Shown one piece after another: positions 8,583-17,538 of a stretch of DNA of 64,000 nt. Source of the stretch: an uncultured delta proteobacterium (GTDB taxonomy: Bacteria > Desulfobacterota > RBG-13-43-22); assembly GCA_963843145.1 (NCBI GenBank), contig CAWJJC010000003.1:32001-96000 (forward strand), written 5' to 3'. Position numbers and translations under genes: made by a program. Every line of letters begins with the position of its first letter. The stretch's first letter is position 1. Below the pieces are notes generated by a model. The model had not been told where the DNA came from, searched no databases, and worked only from the letters and a program-made list of their open reading frames with translations.

Positions 8583-9753
8583 TTCGCCGTGGTTCCTTTA
8601 TATTCCAGTGGAGTCCGGTGAAACGCCGCACTCTTTTCTTGAATTCCCGGAAAAAACCGCCATAGCTTTCCTGCCCTTGCAAGATTTGGAAGTAAATATG
8701 CATAATACCTGGATGTCTTTTCAAAAGCCACCAAAAAAGTCGGGGCCAGGCATAGACCCAGAAGGCCAATCGCAAGGCATAGCCGAATTCCGGCACCAGG
8801 GTTTGGGCCAGGGCCTGATCGTAGCCACCCAACTCCGGCCGACTTTTCCCCAGGGCCTGATGGATGGTTTGGGCTCCCAGTTGGCCGCTCCACAAAGCGT
8901 AATAAATGCCTTCCCCTAAAAAGGGGTCAACTAACCGGGCCGCGTCGCCGGCCCAGAGTACTCTTCCGCGGGAGTAGGCCCTTGGCCGGCCATCGAAACA
9001 GGGGATAGGATGGCCTTTCAAACGAGGACGATCCTGGGGACCGGGGGACATCGTTCGAAATTTACGGATACCGGATTGGGGGTCTTTTTCCTTTTTCGGC
9101 CAAAAACTGAGCCCAACGGAGAGGCTGTCCTCGCAGGGAAAGATCCAGCCATACCCGAAGTTCAGTGAACCCAAATAGATGGCCACGGTATCTTTCGGCC
9201 AGTGCCCGATCTGGTCGGAGTCCTTCAGCCGGCCTTCCAGGGCCTGGTAGGTCAAAAAACTTCGCCTGGCCCGCTGCCCAGGGGGCAGGGTATCATAAGC
9301 TCCCTGGGCCAAGATCAAAAACCGGGCCCGAAAACTTTGGCCGGGAGTAAAGGCCTCTATGGATTCGGCGTCTTCCCGAAAGGCGGTCAAGGGGGTTTGA
9401 AACCGAATCTCCGCTCCGGCCTGAACGGCTTCCCGGGCCAGCAAGAGGTCGAATCTCTCCCGGCGGATCATGTAGGCGACCGGTTGGTCGGAGGCGTATT
9501 CCCATTTTTGGTTCGGATGAAAATGGAATACGACCCGGTTGATCGTCCCTTCCACGACTTCATCCAGGAAAGGCCGGGAAAGGAAACGCTCCACTCGCTT
9601 GGAGATGCAGCCCCCGCAAGGTTTAGACCGCGGGAAAACCTTTTTCTCCAGGACTAAGACCTTTCGACCCGCCCGGCTCAGGGTGATTGCGGCCTGAGAA
9701 CCCGCCGGGCCGGCACCGACAATAATTACATCGTAATCGATGGGGGGAAGCAT
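8569..9753 (-). CDS. Geranylgeranyl reductase family FAD-dependent oxidoreductase
   Basis: DVIIVGAGPAG, FPRSKPCGG, RERFD, GYGWIFP, GDAARLVDPFLGEGI. Confidence 0.9.
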   Translation of the reverse strand: MLPPIDYDVIIVGAGPAGSQAAITLSRAGRKVLVLEKKVFPRSKPCGGCISKRVERFLSRPFLDEVVEGTINRVVFHFHPNQKWEYASDQPVAYMIRRERFDLLLAREAVQAGAEIRFQTPLTAFREDAESIEAFTPGQSFRARFLILAQGAYDTLPPGQRARRSFLTYQALEGRLKDSDQIGHWPKDTVAIYLGSLNFGYGWIFPCEDSLSVGLSFWPKKEKDPQSGIRKFRTMSPGPQDRPRLKGHPIPCFDGRPRAYSRGRVLWAGDAARLVDPFLGEGIYYALWSGQLGAQTIHQALGKSRPELGGYDQALAQTLVPEFGYALRLAFWVYAWPRLFWWLLKRHPGIMHIYFQILQGQESYGGFFREFKKRVRRFTGLHWNIKEPRRNVPS

Positions 9754-9888
9754 AGAGTCACCCTACTGATTTCCCGTGGAAAAATCAAAATTTATTTATC
9801 TGCGGCCACGGTATCCCTATCAAAATATTTGAAATAAAGCTTTTCTTCGGTTAAGATAGAATATCGAACACCACATAGGGAGGAACCG

Positions 9889-10560
9889 ATGAGAAGAATG
9901 GTAACCGCGACGTTAGTCTGCCTGTTATTTATTATTTCCGGGGGAAGCCTGGCCCAGGAGTCCATTTATTGGGTCGATCGGTTTTCGACGGATAAGGTTA
10001 AGGATGGGGTACCGGAAGGGTGGGAATTGGAAATCAAGGAAGGTGAGCCGGAACTCCAGGTGAAGAAGGAAGGGGATGGCGCTTTCGTTCGCTTTAAGTC
10101 CGACAAGTCCTCTTTCGGGATTCGCAAGGAGTTTGACCTGGATATTAAAGAGTTCCCCTATTTGAATTGGAAATGGAAAGCCGTCCAACTGCCTGAAAAA
10201 GGTGATTTTCATAAGAAAGACAGCGACGATCAGGCGGCCCAGGTTTATGTCATTTTCCCACGTTTTCCAGCCAAATTGAATAGCGAGTTCGTCTGTTACT
10301 ATTGGGAGACCAATCCCAAAAACAAGGGACTGGAAGGCCCCAGCGTGGCCTGGTCCAAGGCCCGGGTCATCGTCTTGGAGGCCGGGAAAGAGAAATTGAA
10401 TCAGTGGGTGACGGAAAAAAGGAACGTCTACGAGGATTACAAACGGCTGTTCAAGAAGGACCCGCCCAAGGCCGGGGGAGTCGCTTTCTATATCAACTCG
10501 CAACATACGCAGAGTTCGGCCGAATCTTTTCTGGGCGATATCTATTTTTCCAAGAAGTAG
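9889..10560 (+). CDS. Exported DUF3047-like protein
   Basis: Signal peptide; LNWKWK...DDQAAQVYVIF...WVTEKRNVYEDY pattern; RBS ggagga. Confidence 0.75.
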   Translation: MRRMVTATLVCLLFIISGGSLAQESIYWVDRFSTDKVKDGVPEGWELEIKEGEPELQVKKEGDGAFVRFKSDKSSFGIRKEFDLDIKEFPYLNWKWKAVQLPEKGDFHKKDSDDQAAQVYVIFPRFPAKLNSEFVCYYWETNPKNKGLEGPSVAWSKARVIVLEAGKEKLNQWVTEKRNVYEDYKRLFKKDPPKAGGVAFYINSQHTQSSAESFLGDIYFSKK

Positions 10561-10610
10561 CGCCGATCTGAGGAGTGCCCGCCAGTTTGCGAGTTTATCA
10601 GGTGATAAGT

Positions 10611-10741
10611 TCGCAAAAAGTCCCGAATTGTCATCCTGAACGAAGTGAAGGATCTCGGAACTAGCTGAAAGAACGAGATTCTTCGTCCCGCGTTATCGCG
10701 GGACTCAGAATGACAAACTCTCTCTGACAGACTTTTTGCGA
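10611..10741. repeat. REP-like nested palindromic element
   Basis: Perfect 12-bp terminal IR tcgcaaaaagtc/gactttttgcga, with inner IRs tgtcatcctga/tcagaatgaca and gaaggatctcg/cgagattcttc. It lies between convergent genes, and an inverted partial copy occurs at about 7699-7734. Confidence 0.8.
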
Positions 10742-10746
10742 GACCA

Positions 10747-11559
10747 TCAGGTGTTGCCCTGCTGAAAAATCGCTTCGGCCATATGTTTAAAGGCCAACGC
10801 GGTGGCGGTGGTTTCATGCCCCTGGAAATAGGGATGACCGCTGTCCGCTTCGGCCACCAATCCGGGCTCCAATGGAATCCGGCCAAGGAAAGGGGCGCTC
10901 CATTCCCGGGCCAGGGCTTCTCCTCCCCCTTTTTTAAACAGGTCAATTTCCTGACCACAGTGGGGGCAGGTTAAACCGCTCATATTCTCAACGATACCCA
11001 GGATGGGGAGGTTGACTTTTTTGAGAAACTGAAGGGATCGCCGGACATCTTCCACGGAAACCTCCTGTGGGGTGGTTACCACCAAGGCCTTGACTTCGGG
11101 TATAGTCTGGGCGATCGACAGGGGTTCGTCGCCCGTTCCCGGCGGGGCGTCGACCACCAGGTAATCCAGGGGACCCCAGAGCACATCGGAAAGCAGTTGG
11201 CGAATAGCTCCTCCCTTTCGGGGTCCGCGCCAAATGACGGCGGTATCCGTTCCTTCCAGGACAAAGGGAATGGAGAAGACTTTTAAGTTGGGGCTATACG
11301 CAATCGGGATTAACGCCCCGTCTTTGACTTCCGCCCGTCTACCGGCCAGTCCCAACATGTGAGGGATGCTGGGCCCGTGCAGGTCCACGTCCAGGAGGCC
11401 CACCTGCAGCCCCCGGTCCGCCAGGGCCACGGAAAGATGGACGGCCACGGTGCTTTTCCCCACCCCGCCTTTCCCGCTCAGAACCAATATCTTGTTTTTT
11501 ATCGGCGCCATACCCTGCCGAATTTTGGCTTTGAGGGCGGCGCGATCAAATAGATCCAT
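10747..11559 (-). CDS. apbC: Mrp/NBP35 family Fe-S cluster carrier ATPase (ApbC)
   Basis: SGKGGVGKST, DVDLHGPSIP, VIWRGP, DAPPGTGDE, VTTPQ, ENMSGLTCPHC. Confidence 0.93.
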   Translation of the reverse strand: MDLFDRAALKAKIRQGMAPIKNKILVLSGKGGVGKSTVAVHLSVALADRGLQVGLLDVDLHGPSIPHMLGLAGRRAEVKDGALIPIAYSPNLKVFSIPFVLEGTDTAVIWRGPRKGGAIRQLLSDVLWGPLDYLVVDAPPGTGDEPLSIAQTIPEVKALVVTTPQEVSVEDVRRSLQFLKKVNLPILGIVENMSGLTCPHCGQEIDLFKKGGGEALAREWSAPFLGRIPLEPGLVAEADSGHPYFQGHETTATALAFKHMAEAIFQQGNT

Positions 11560-11635
11560 AGGTTCTCCTTCCCTACGAAAATCAAAAACTTCCTTAGATA
11601 AAGCCTATGATTCTCGAAATTAGGTTATGATCCCT

Positions 11636-11771
11636 AAATTCGAAATTCGAAGCACGAAATCCGAAACAAATTCAAACGATCAAATTTCAAAACAAAAAAC
11701 TCTTTGTTTGGATCATTTGGATTTTGGACCTTCGTGCCTGTTTCGGATTTCGTGCTTCGAATTTCGAATTT
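11636..11771. repeat. Intergenic palindrome with perfect 33-bp arms built of ~7-nt units
   Basis: aaattcgaaattcgaagcacgaaatccgaaaca (11636-11668) and its exact reverse complement at 11739-11771. A partial copy lies at 46649-46678. Confidence 0.9.
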
Positions 11772-11782
11772 GAACCAAAAAT

Positions 11783-12595
11783 TCAAGAATTTTTGGTGAG
11801 GACGGCGTTCATACTGCCGGAGCGCAGGCCTTGCAGGTCCAGGGTGATATAGGTGAATCCCAAGGACGTCAGGGTTTGCTCCAGGGCCGCCTTGGTCCTT
11901 TTATTCATTATCTTCGGGAAATCCTTTTCTCGGACTTCTATCCGAGCTATCGGTCCGTGGACCCGCAGGCGGCATTCTCTAAAACCCAGCGACCGGAGGG
12001 CCGCTTCCGCCTGACCGATCCGGGATAATTGCTCTTTTTTTATGGGGGTCCCGAAGGGGATGCGGGTGGCCAGGCAGGCGGACGAAGGCTGGTTCCAGGT
12101 GGGCAGTCCCAGGCGTCGGCTCGCCCGGCGGATTTCTTCCTTGCGCCAGCCCAGCAGGGCGAAGGGGCTGACGACCTGGAACTCCCGGTTGGCCTGGAGT
12201 CCCGGCCGATAATCACGGAGGTCGTCCGCATTGGTTCCATCCAGGAGGTAAGGGACCCCTTTGGTTTTCAAAAAGTGCCGGGCCAGCCGGAAACGGTATT
12301 GTTTGCAATAATAACAGCGGTTGGGAGGGTTTTCTGTAAATTCCGGGAGCAGGTATTCCCGGCTGACCATTTTTTTTAGAGGAATTCCCAGAGATCCGGT
12401 TATTTCCAGGACCCGTTCTTTTTCTTCCACGGTCATCAGGGGGGACAGGAAACAGACAGCCAGGGGAGGGAGATCCCAGGCCTCCAGGGCCAGGTGCAGC
12501 AAGAGCGTGCTGTCCACCCCCCCGGAAAAGGCGATGGCCCCGGGCTGCCAGCGCCGGAGGGCGGCCATCAGATCTTTAATGGGGGGCGAAGCCAC
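11783..12595 (-). CDS. larE: ATP-dependent sulfur transferase LarE family
   Basis: PP-loop AFSGGVDS, NPPNRCYYCK, DGTNADD...RPG, SACLATRIP, RLRVHG, GLRSGSMN. Confidence 0.9.
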   Translation of the reverse strand: MASPPIKDLMAALRRWQPGAIAFSGGVDSTLLLHLALEAWDLPPLAVCFLSPLMTVEEKERVLEITGSLGIPLKKMVSREYLLPEFTENPPNRCYYCKQYRFRLARHFLKTKGVPYLLDGTNADDLRDYRPGLQANREFQVVSPFALLGWRKEEIRRASRRLGLPTWNQPSSACLATRIPFGTPIKKEQLSRIGQAEAALRSLGFRECRLRVHGPIARIEVREKDFPKIMNKRTKAALEQTLTSLGFTYITLDLQGLRSGSMNAVLTKNS

Positions 12596-12628
12596 TTACG
12601 GATTTCGAATTTCTAACCACAGGCTGAT

Positions 12629-13228
12629 TTATTCCATGGAAGAAAGGACCCGGTGCCCTTTTTTCTCCAGGGCTCGGATGATCGGATCCAGGGGAGCCTT
12701 TTCCAGACGGAAAAAATGCGTTTTTCTTTGGCCCTTGCCGGTCATACCGACGCTGATGATCTGGCCGCCGTTCTTTTGAATGATCCCGGAGGCCTCTTCA
12801 AAGGCCTTGGGCCGGTCGGCCAGGTGAAGGTCCAGACGGGAACTTGACTTCAAAAAACCCATGAGTTCAATGAAGGCGGCTAAAATATCCGGAGTGGTCA
12901 GGATCCCGACCAATTTCCCTTTATCCAGGACGGGCAGTCCGCCGATTTTATTTCGGTAGATAATTCGGGCGGCTTCTTCCAGGGAGTCATTGGGCCCCAC
13001 GGTGATCGGGTTCTCAATCATAATCTGTTCTACCGGTATGTCCCGCACCAGTGAGGGGAGCATCACCTCCCGGAGATCACTCTCAGTGATCAGGCCCACA
13101 AACAGAGGGCCATCAACCACGGGCAGGTGACGGACGGAGTATTTTTTCATCAGGGAAAGGGCCTCTACCACGGTGCAGTTCCGGTCTATGGTGATTAATT
13201 TTTTAACCATCCGATTTTTGATTAACAT
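12629..13228 (-). CDS. CBS pair plus ACT-like domain protein (AcuB-like)
   Basis: Two CBS motifs (VRHLPVVD...GLITESD; KIGGLPVLD...GILTTPD) and a short C-terminal ACT-like domain. Confidence 0.85.
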   Translation of the reverse strand: MLIKNRMVKKLITIDRNCTVVEALSLMKKYSVRHLPVVDGPLFVGLITESDLREVMLPSLVRDIPVEQIMIENPITVGPNDSLEEAARIIYRNKIGGLPVLDKGKLVGILTTPDILAAFIELMGFLKSSSRLDLHLADRPKAFEEASGIIQKNGGQIISVGMTGKGQRKTHFFRLEKAPLDPIIRALEKKGHRVLSSME

Positions 13229-13311
13229 GGGGAGCTCCTTTCACTCGGGAATATGTCCGTCTATTCTATTTTTAGCAGATATGCTAATATTTTTCAAGCT
13301 ATCATAAAGAG

Positions 13312-13340
13312 TTGACTAATTAAGGCAGATTTTTTAGTAT
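13312..13340 (+). promoter_or_regulatory. Sigma-70-type promoter for pgk-tpiA-secG
   Basis: TTGACT-N17-TAGTAT upstream of pgk. Confidence 0.55.
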
Positions 13341-13388
13341 AGCCCTAAACAAAAGTTATCTAATTTTTGTTTAGAAAAGGAGCACATC

Positions 13389-14624
13389 TTGCGCTACCTC
13401 AACGAGATCGATATCAAGAATAAAAAATTGTTGATCCGGGTGGACATGAATGTCCCCCTCGACAAAAATCAGAATATTACCGATGATAACCGCATCCGCA
13501 GCGTCCTGCCGACCATCAATTATGCCTTGGATGAAAATGCCAAGGTCATCCTCTGTTCCCACGTGGGACGGCCGAAAGGCAAGGTGGTGCCCGAATTGAG
13601 CCTGGCCCCGGTGGCCCGGCGTCTATCCCGGCTGCTGCAGAAAGAAGTCCAATTAGCGCCCGATTGCGTGGGACCGGAAGTGGAAAAAATGATTGCCCGC
13701 ATGAAACCCGGCGGCATCCTGCTACTGGAAAATTTACGGTTTCATCCCGAAGAAACAAAAAATAACGATACGTTCGGGAAAGAACTGGCCGCTCTGGCCG
13801 ACATCTACGTGAATGACGCCTTCGCCGTGGCCCATCGGGCCCATGCCTCGGTAGTGGCCGTGGCCAAGTATGCCCGGGAGGTGGCCGCCGGCTTCTTGAT
13901 GAAAGACGAATTGAAGTTTTTCCACCAGTCCCTGGAGAGCCCGGCACGGCCGCTGGTGGCGGTTATCGGCGGCTCCAAGGTCAGCGGCAAATTGGAGGCC
14001 CTGGAGAATTTACTGGATCACGTGGACAAAATGGTTATCGGCGGGGCTATGGCCAATACCTTTCTCAAAGGGGTGAATTATTACGTGGGCAATTCTCTGG
14101 TCGAGGAGGACCTGGTCAGTGTGGCGAATTGCCTGATGCGCAAGGCCAAGGATAAGGGGGTGAAATTGTACGTCCCGGTGGATTGCGTGGTGGCCGCCGT
14201 CATGGACCCTCAGGCCGAGACCAAGATCACTCCGGTTCAGGAAGTCCCCAAAGACTGGATGATCCTGGATATCGGGCCGGCCACCTCCCTGCTCTATTCC
14301 GAAGTCCTGCAGAACGCTAAAACCATCATTTGGAACGGACCTATGGGGGCCTTTGAGATGGACGCCTTCTCCCGGGGGACCATGGCCATGGTTCACTCGG
14401 TGGCCAATTCCTACGCCCTGACCATCGTCGGAGGCGGCGACACGGATGTAGCCGTTCACAAGGCCGGGGAGACGTCGAAAATATCTTACATCTCCACTGG
14501 CGGGGGGGCTTTTTTAGCCCTACTCGAGGGCAGCCAGTTGCCCGGGGTGGCGGCCCTGGAAGGAAAATTTGTTTTGGAACCCCAGGAACGGCTGGATTCC
14601 TGTCTCCCCGAGGCCTTGGGGTAA
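13389..14624 (+). CDS. pgk: Phosphoglycerate kinase
   Basis: [47 protein letters not shown]; TTG start with aaaggag RBS. Confidence 0.98.
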   Translation: MRYLNEIDIKNKKLLIRVDMNVPLDKNQNITDDNRIRSVLPTINYALDENAKVILCSHVGRPKGKVVPELSLAPVARRLSRLLQKEVQLAPDCVGPEVEKMIARMKPGGILLLENLRFHPEETKNNDTFGKELAALADIYVNDAFAVAHRAHASVVAVAKYAREVAAGFLMKDELKFFHQSLESPARPLVAVIGGSKVSGKLEALENLLDHVDKMVIGGAMANTFLKGVNYYVGNSLVEEDLVSVANCLMRKAKDKGVKLYVPVDCVVAAVMDPQAETKITPVQEVPKDWMILDIGPATSLLYSEVLQNAKTIIWNGPMGAFEMDAFSRGTMAMVHSVANSYALTIVGGGDTDVAVHKAGETSKISYISTGGGAFLALLEGSQLPGVAALEGKFVLEPQERLDSCLPEALG

Positions 14625-14634
14625 GGAGGGGATT

Positions 14635-15393
14635 ATGCGTCGGAAATGGATTGGCGGCAACTGGAAGATGCACAAGACGATCGGCGAGGCCCTGGCCCTG
14701 GTCCAATCGTTGAAAGACGGACTCCCCCACTCCGACGCCGTGGAGGTGCTGATCGCCCCAGCCTTCACCGCCTTGCCGGCGGTGGGGACGGCCCTCCGGG
14801 GGACTGCGATTCAGTTAGCGGGCCAAAATCTCCATTGGGCTGACCAAGGGGCCTATACCGGCGAAATTTCTCCGGGAATGCTCAGGGATGTGGGGTGTAC
14901 CCACGTCCTCATCGGCCATTCCGAGCGCCGCCACTGGTTCAAGGAAACCGATTCGATCATCAATCAGAAAATGCAGGCCAGCCTGAGGGCCGGCCTCCAA
15001 CCGGTCTTTTGCGTTGGGGAAACCCTGGAGGAGCGGGAAGCCGACCGGGTGGAAGCCGTCTTGTCCCGGCAGATCCGGGAGGGGCTCCTGGGGCTCAGCG
15101 CTGAACAGGCGGCTTCCGGGGTAATCGCCTATGAGCCGGTCTGGGCCATCGGGACCGGGAAAATGGCCACCCCGGAAATGGCCCAAGCGGTGCATTTCTT
15201 TATCCGGGGGCTGCTGGCCGATCTGTTCGATAAAAGGGTTGCATCCGACAAGAGAATTGTGTATGGTGGAAGTGTTACTCCGGAAACGACCCGGGGCTTG
15301 CTGGCCCAGGCAGATATCGACGGGGGGTTGGTCGGCGGAGCCAGTTTGAAAGCGGAGCCTTTTATCGCCATCATTCAGGAGAGCATAAAATAG
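14635..15393 (+). CDS. tpiA: Triosephosphate isomerase
   Basis: GNWKM, GHSERR, AYEPVWAIGTG, YGGSV, LVGGASL; ATG 14635 follows aaggagg. Confidence 0.98.
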   Translation: MRRKWIGGNWKMHKTIGEALALVQSLKDGLPHSDAVEVLIAPAFTALPAVGTALRGTAIQLAGQNLHWADQGAYTGEISPGMLRDVGCTHVLIGHSERRHWFKETDSIINQKMQASLRAGLQPVFCVGETLEEREADRVEAVLSRQIREGLLGLSAEQAASGVIAYEPVWAIGTGKMATPEMAQAVHFFIRGLLADLFDKRVASDKRIVYGGSVTPETTRGLLAQADIDGGLVGGASLKAEPFIAIIQESIK

Positions 15394-15396
15394 ACT

Positions 15397-15750
15397 ATGA
15401 CTGTATTTATTGTGATTATCCACATTATCGTCTGCATCGGGCTGATTCTGATCGTTTTGCTCCAGACCGGCAAAGGGGCCAGCATGGGGGCGGCTTTTGG
15501 AGGATCGAGCCAGACGATCTTCGGAAGTTCCGGCGCCACGACTTTCTTAGGCAAATTGACCACGGGAGTAGCGGTAGTCTTCATGGTCACTTCCCTGATC
15601 TTAGCCTTCATCTCCGGCCCCCGCACCGGGTCCTCGGTGGTTGGTTCCTCCACGGCCCCGGTTCGCCAATCGGCTCCGGCCGTGCCGGCAACCGGCAAGA
15701 CCGCCACTCCGACCGCTCCAGTGCCCCCAACGACGCCGACCGCCAAATAG
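15397..15750 (+). CDS. secG: Preprotein translocase subunit SecG
   Basis: VLLQTGKGASMGAAFGG...FLGKLT with two TM segments; conserved tpiA-secG-tRNA-Leu order. Confidence 0.95.
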   Translation: MTVFIVIIHIIVCIGLILIVLLQTGKGASMGAAFGGSSQTIFGSSGATTFLGKLTTGVAVVFMVTSLILAFISGPRTGSSVVGSSTAPVRQSAPAVPATGKTATPTAPVPPTTPTAK

Positions 15751-15764
15751 AAAGTTTTCCTAAT

Positions 15765-15850
15765 GCCGAAGTGGTGGAACCTGGTAGACACACCATCTTG
15801 AGGGGGTGGCGGGTAACTCCGTGCGGGTTCAAATCCCGCCTTCGGCACCA
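15765..15850 (+). tRNA. tRNA-Leu (GAG)
   Basis: Acceptor stem gccgaag/cttcggc plus ACCA end; anticodon arm ccatc-ttGAGgg-ggtgg; long variable arm; T loop gttcaaa. Confidence 0.96.
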
Positions 15851-15853
15851 CTG

Positions 15854-15896
15854 AAATAAAAAACGGCCAAGAAAAGCGCTTGGCCGTTTTTTATTT
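15854..15896. terminator. Intrinsic terminator after tRNA-Leu
   Basis: aaataaaaaacggccaag / cttggccgttttttattt inverted repeat. Confidence 0.85.
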
Positions 15897-15985
15897 ATAA
15901 AAAGCTCAAATCGCTGTTTATTGACTTCTTCTTTTCAAATTGATATTATTTTTAAATAAAGAAAACGTGCTCCCCTCGCGGAGAT

Positions 15986-16172
15986 TGTCCTGAGTGAGAG
16001 ACCAGATTATTCGCGGAGTTTGCCCTGAGCCGATAGACGAGATCCTTCGTTTCTCTCGGGATGACAGGAAGGCCAAGGACGCGAGAGAAAAGCAGGTAAG
16101 GGGCTCAGGATGACCAGCGCGGGGCTGAGCCTGAAAGGCGCAAGGAACAGAATGACGGTTTGGGACTTTTTG
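15986..16172. repeat. Degenerate REP-like element related to 10611-10741
   Basis: Contains gagatccttcg, gctcaggatgac, gaatgac and ggactttttga, matching sub-motifs of the 10.6-kb element. Confidence 0.5.
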
Positions 16173-16227
16173 AGGGGTCATTATTTCAGCTAACCATTTG
16201 ATCTTTTAAGAGCTTAAGGGGTGCATT

Positions 16228-17505
16228 ATGGCGCGAGTCGAGGTGTTTGAAAATAAAAAACCCGTCATTGGGATTAACGGGTTAGGGCGGATTGGTAAGC
16301 TGACCCTCTGGCATCACCTGGGACGAAAATATTTCCAGGAGATCGTGGTCAATACCGGGCGGGAGGTGGGTACGGGCTTACAGGCCATCGCGCAGCGGAT
16401 TGAAACCGATTCCACCTACGGCCTGCTGCACCGGTTTCTCTACGGGATCAAAGCCAAACGCTTCATCGAGATCGTGGACGAGAAAGCCGGAAAGATGTTG
16501 ATTGACGGTATCCCGGTGACCGTCCTCCGGGAGTCGCGGGTTCCGGCGGAGATCAAATGGCGGGATTACGGGGTGGATCTGGTCGTGGAAACCACCGGAA
16601 AATTCAAGGACCCCACGATTGCTCCCGACGACTCCGGAGGCTCCCTCCGAGGGCATCTGGCGGCCGGGGCCCGGATCGCCATCAATTCTTCTCCTTTCAA
16701 GATCAAGAACAAGGCCCTCTCCGTTCCGGATGACGCGATCATGCTGGTCTACGGTATTAATCACACGGCCTTCGATAGAAAAGCCCACCAGGTGTTGTCG
16801 GGCGCTTCCTGCACGACCACCGGTTTGGCCCATATGGTCAAGCCCCTGCTGGAAAACGAGGCCACCAATAAGATCCTGACCGCCTCCATGTCCACGGTGC
16901 ATGCCGTAACCAATACCCAGGCGGTCCTCGATTCCATGCCGAAGGCGGGGGAGAAGGACTTGAGGAAAAATCGAAGCATCCTGAACAATATCATTCTTAC
17001 TTCCACCGGCGCGGCCGTGGCTCTGGCCGAGGTCATCCCCGAGGTCAAGAACATCGGCTTCATGGCCGATTCCATCCGGGTCCCTACCAACACGGAGTCC
17101 CTGATCGTCCTGAATCTCACCTTCCAGAGCAAGATGAAGGCAGACGGGTCGCCCCTGGAACTGGACACGAACACCATCAACCGGATTTACCAGGATGCCG
17201 GGGAGCGGGACCCGGAAAACCTGCTGGTCTTTTCGATGGAACAGAATGTCTCCAGCGATCTCATCGGGCTGGATGCCGCCGTGGTGATCGAAGGACAGTT
17301 GAACCATACCCGGACCTCATTCATCGACATTGACTGCGCTTGGATCCCCGGCCTGCCTCCGCAGGTCATCCCCACGCTGCCTGAGAGTTGCCTCCGGGTG
17401 CCCGTGGTCCACGCCAAGATTTTCGGCTGGTACGACAATGAATACGGGAGCTATACCAACCGGTTGGGGGACCTGGCGGTTTACGTGCACAAGCAGTTGG
17501 CCTAA
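16228..17505 (+). CDS. Atypical long type I glyceraldehyde-3-phosphate dehydrogenase-family protein
   Basis: IGINGLGRIG, DSTYG, ETTGKF, catalytic SCTTTGLA, TVHA, STGAA, RVPT, GWYDNEYG; 425 aa with insertions. Confidence 0.88.
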   Translation: MARVEVFENKKPVIGINGLGRIGKLTLWHHLGRKYFQEIVVNTGREVGTGLQAIAQRIETDSTYGLLHRFLYGIKAKRFIEIVDEKAGKMLIDGIPVTVLRESRVPAEIKWRDYGVDLVVETTGKFKDPTIAPDDSGGSLRGHLAAGARIAINSSPFKIKNKALSVPDDAIMLVYGINHTAFDRKAHQVLSGASCTTTGLAHMVKPLLENEATNKILTASMSTVHAVTNTQAVLDSMPKAGEKDLRKNRSILNNIILTSTGAAVALAEVIPEVKNIGFMADSIRVPTNTESLIVLNLTFQSKMKADGSPLELDTNTINRIYQDAGERDPENLLVFSMEQNVSSDLIGLDAAVVIEGQLNHTRTSFIDIDCAWIPGLPPQVIPTLPESCLRVPVVHAKIFGWYDNEYGSYTNRLGDLAVYVHKQLA

Positions 17506-17506
17506 T

Positions 17507-17538
17507 AAAAAAGGGCGGGTTCAAACCCGCCCTTTTTT
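17507..17538. terminator. Bidirectional intrinsic terminator between convergent genes
   Basis: aaaaaagggcggg-ttcaaa-cccgccctttttt. Confidence 0.85.

Noticed and set aside
11636-11771. Possible CRISPR array among the short repeats (also 23183 and 35075)
   Set aside because: They are inverted arms or 7-nt tandem units, not constant direct repeats with unique spacers, and no cas genes are present.
15375-15851. 158-aa minus-strand ORF
   Set aside because: Antisense to secG and tRNA-Leu; MVPKAGFEP is the usual reverse-tRNA translation artefact.
15765-16227. tRNA-Leu as an integration site for an island
   Set aside because: No integrase and no repeat of the tRNA 3' end seen in the window; core metabolic genes follow.
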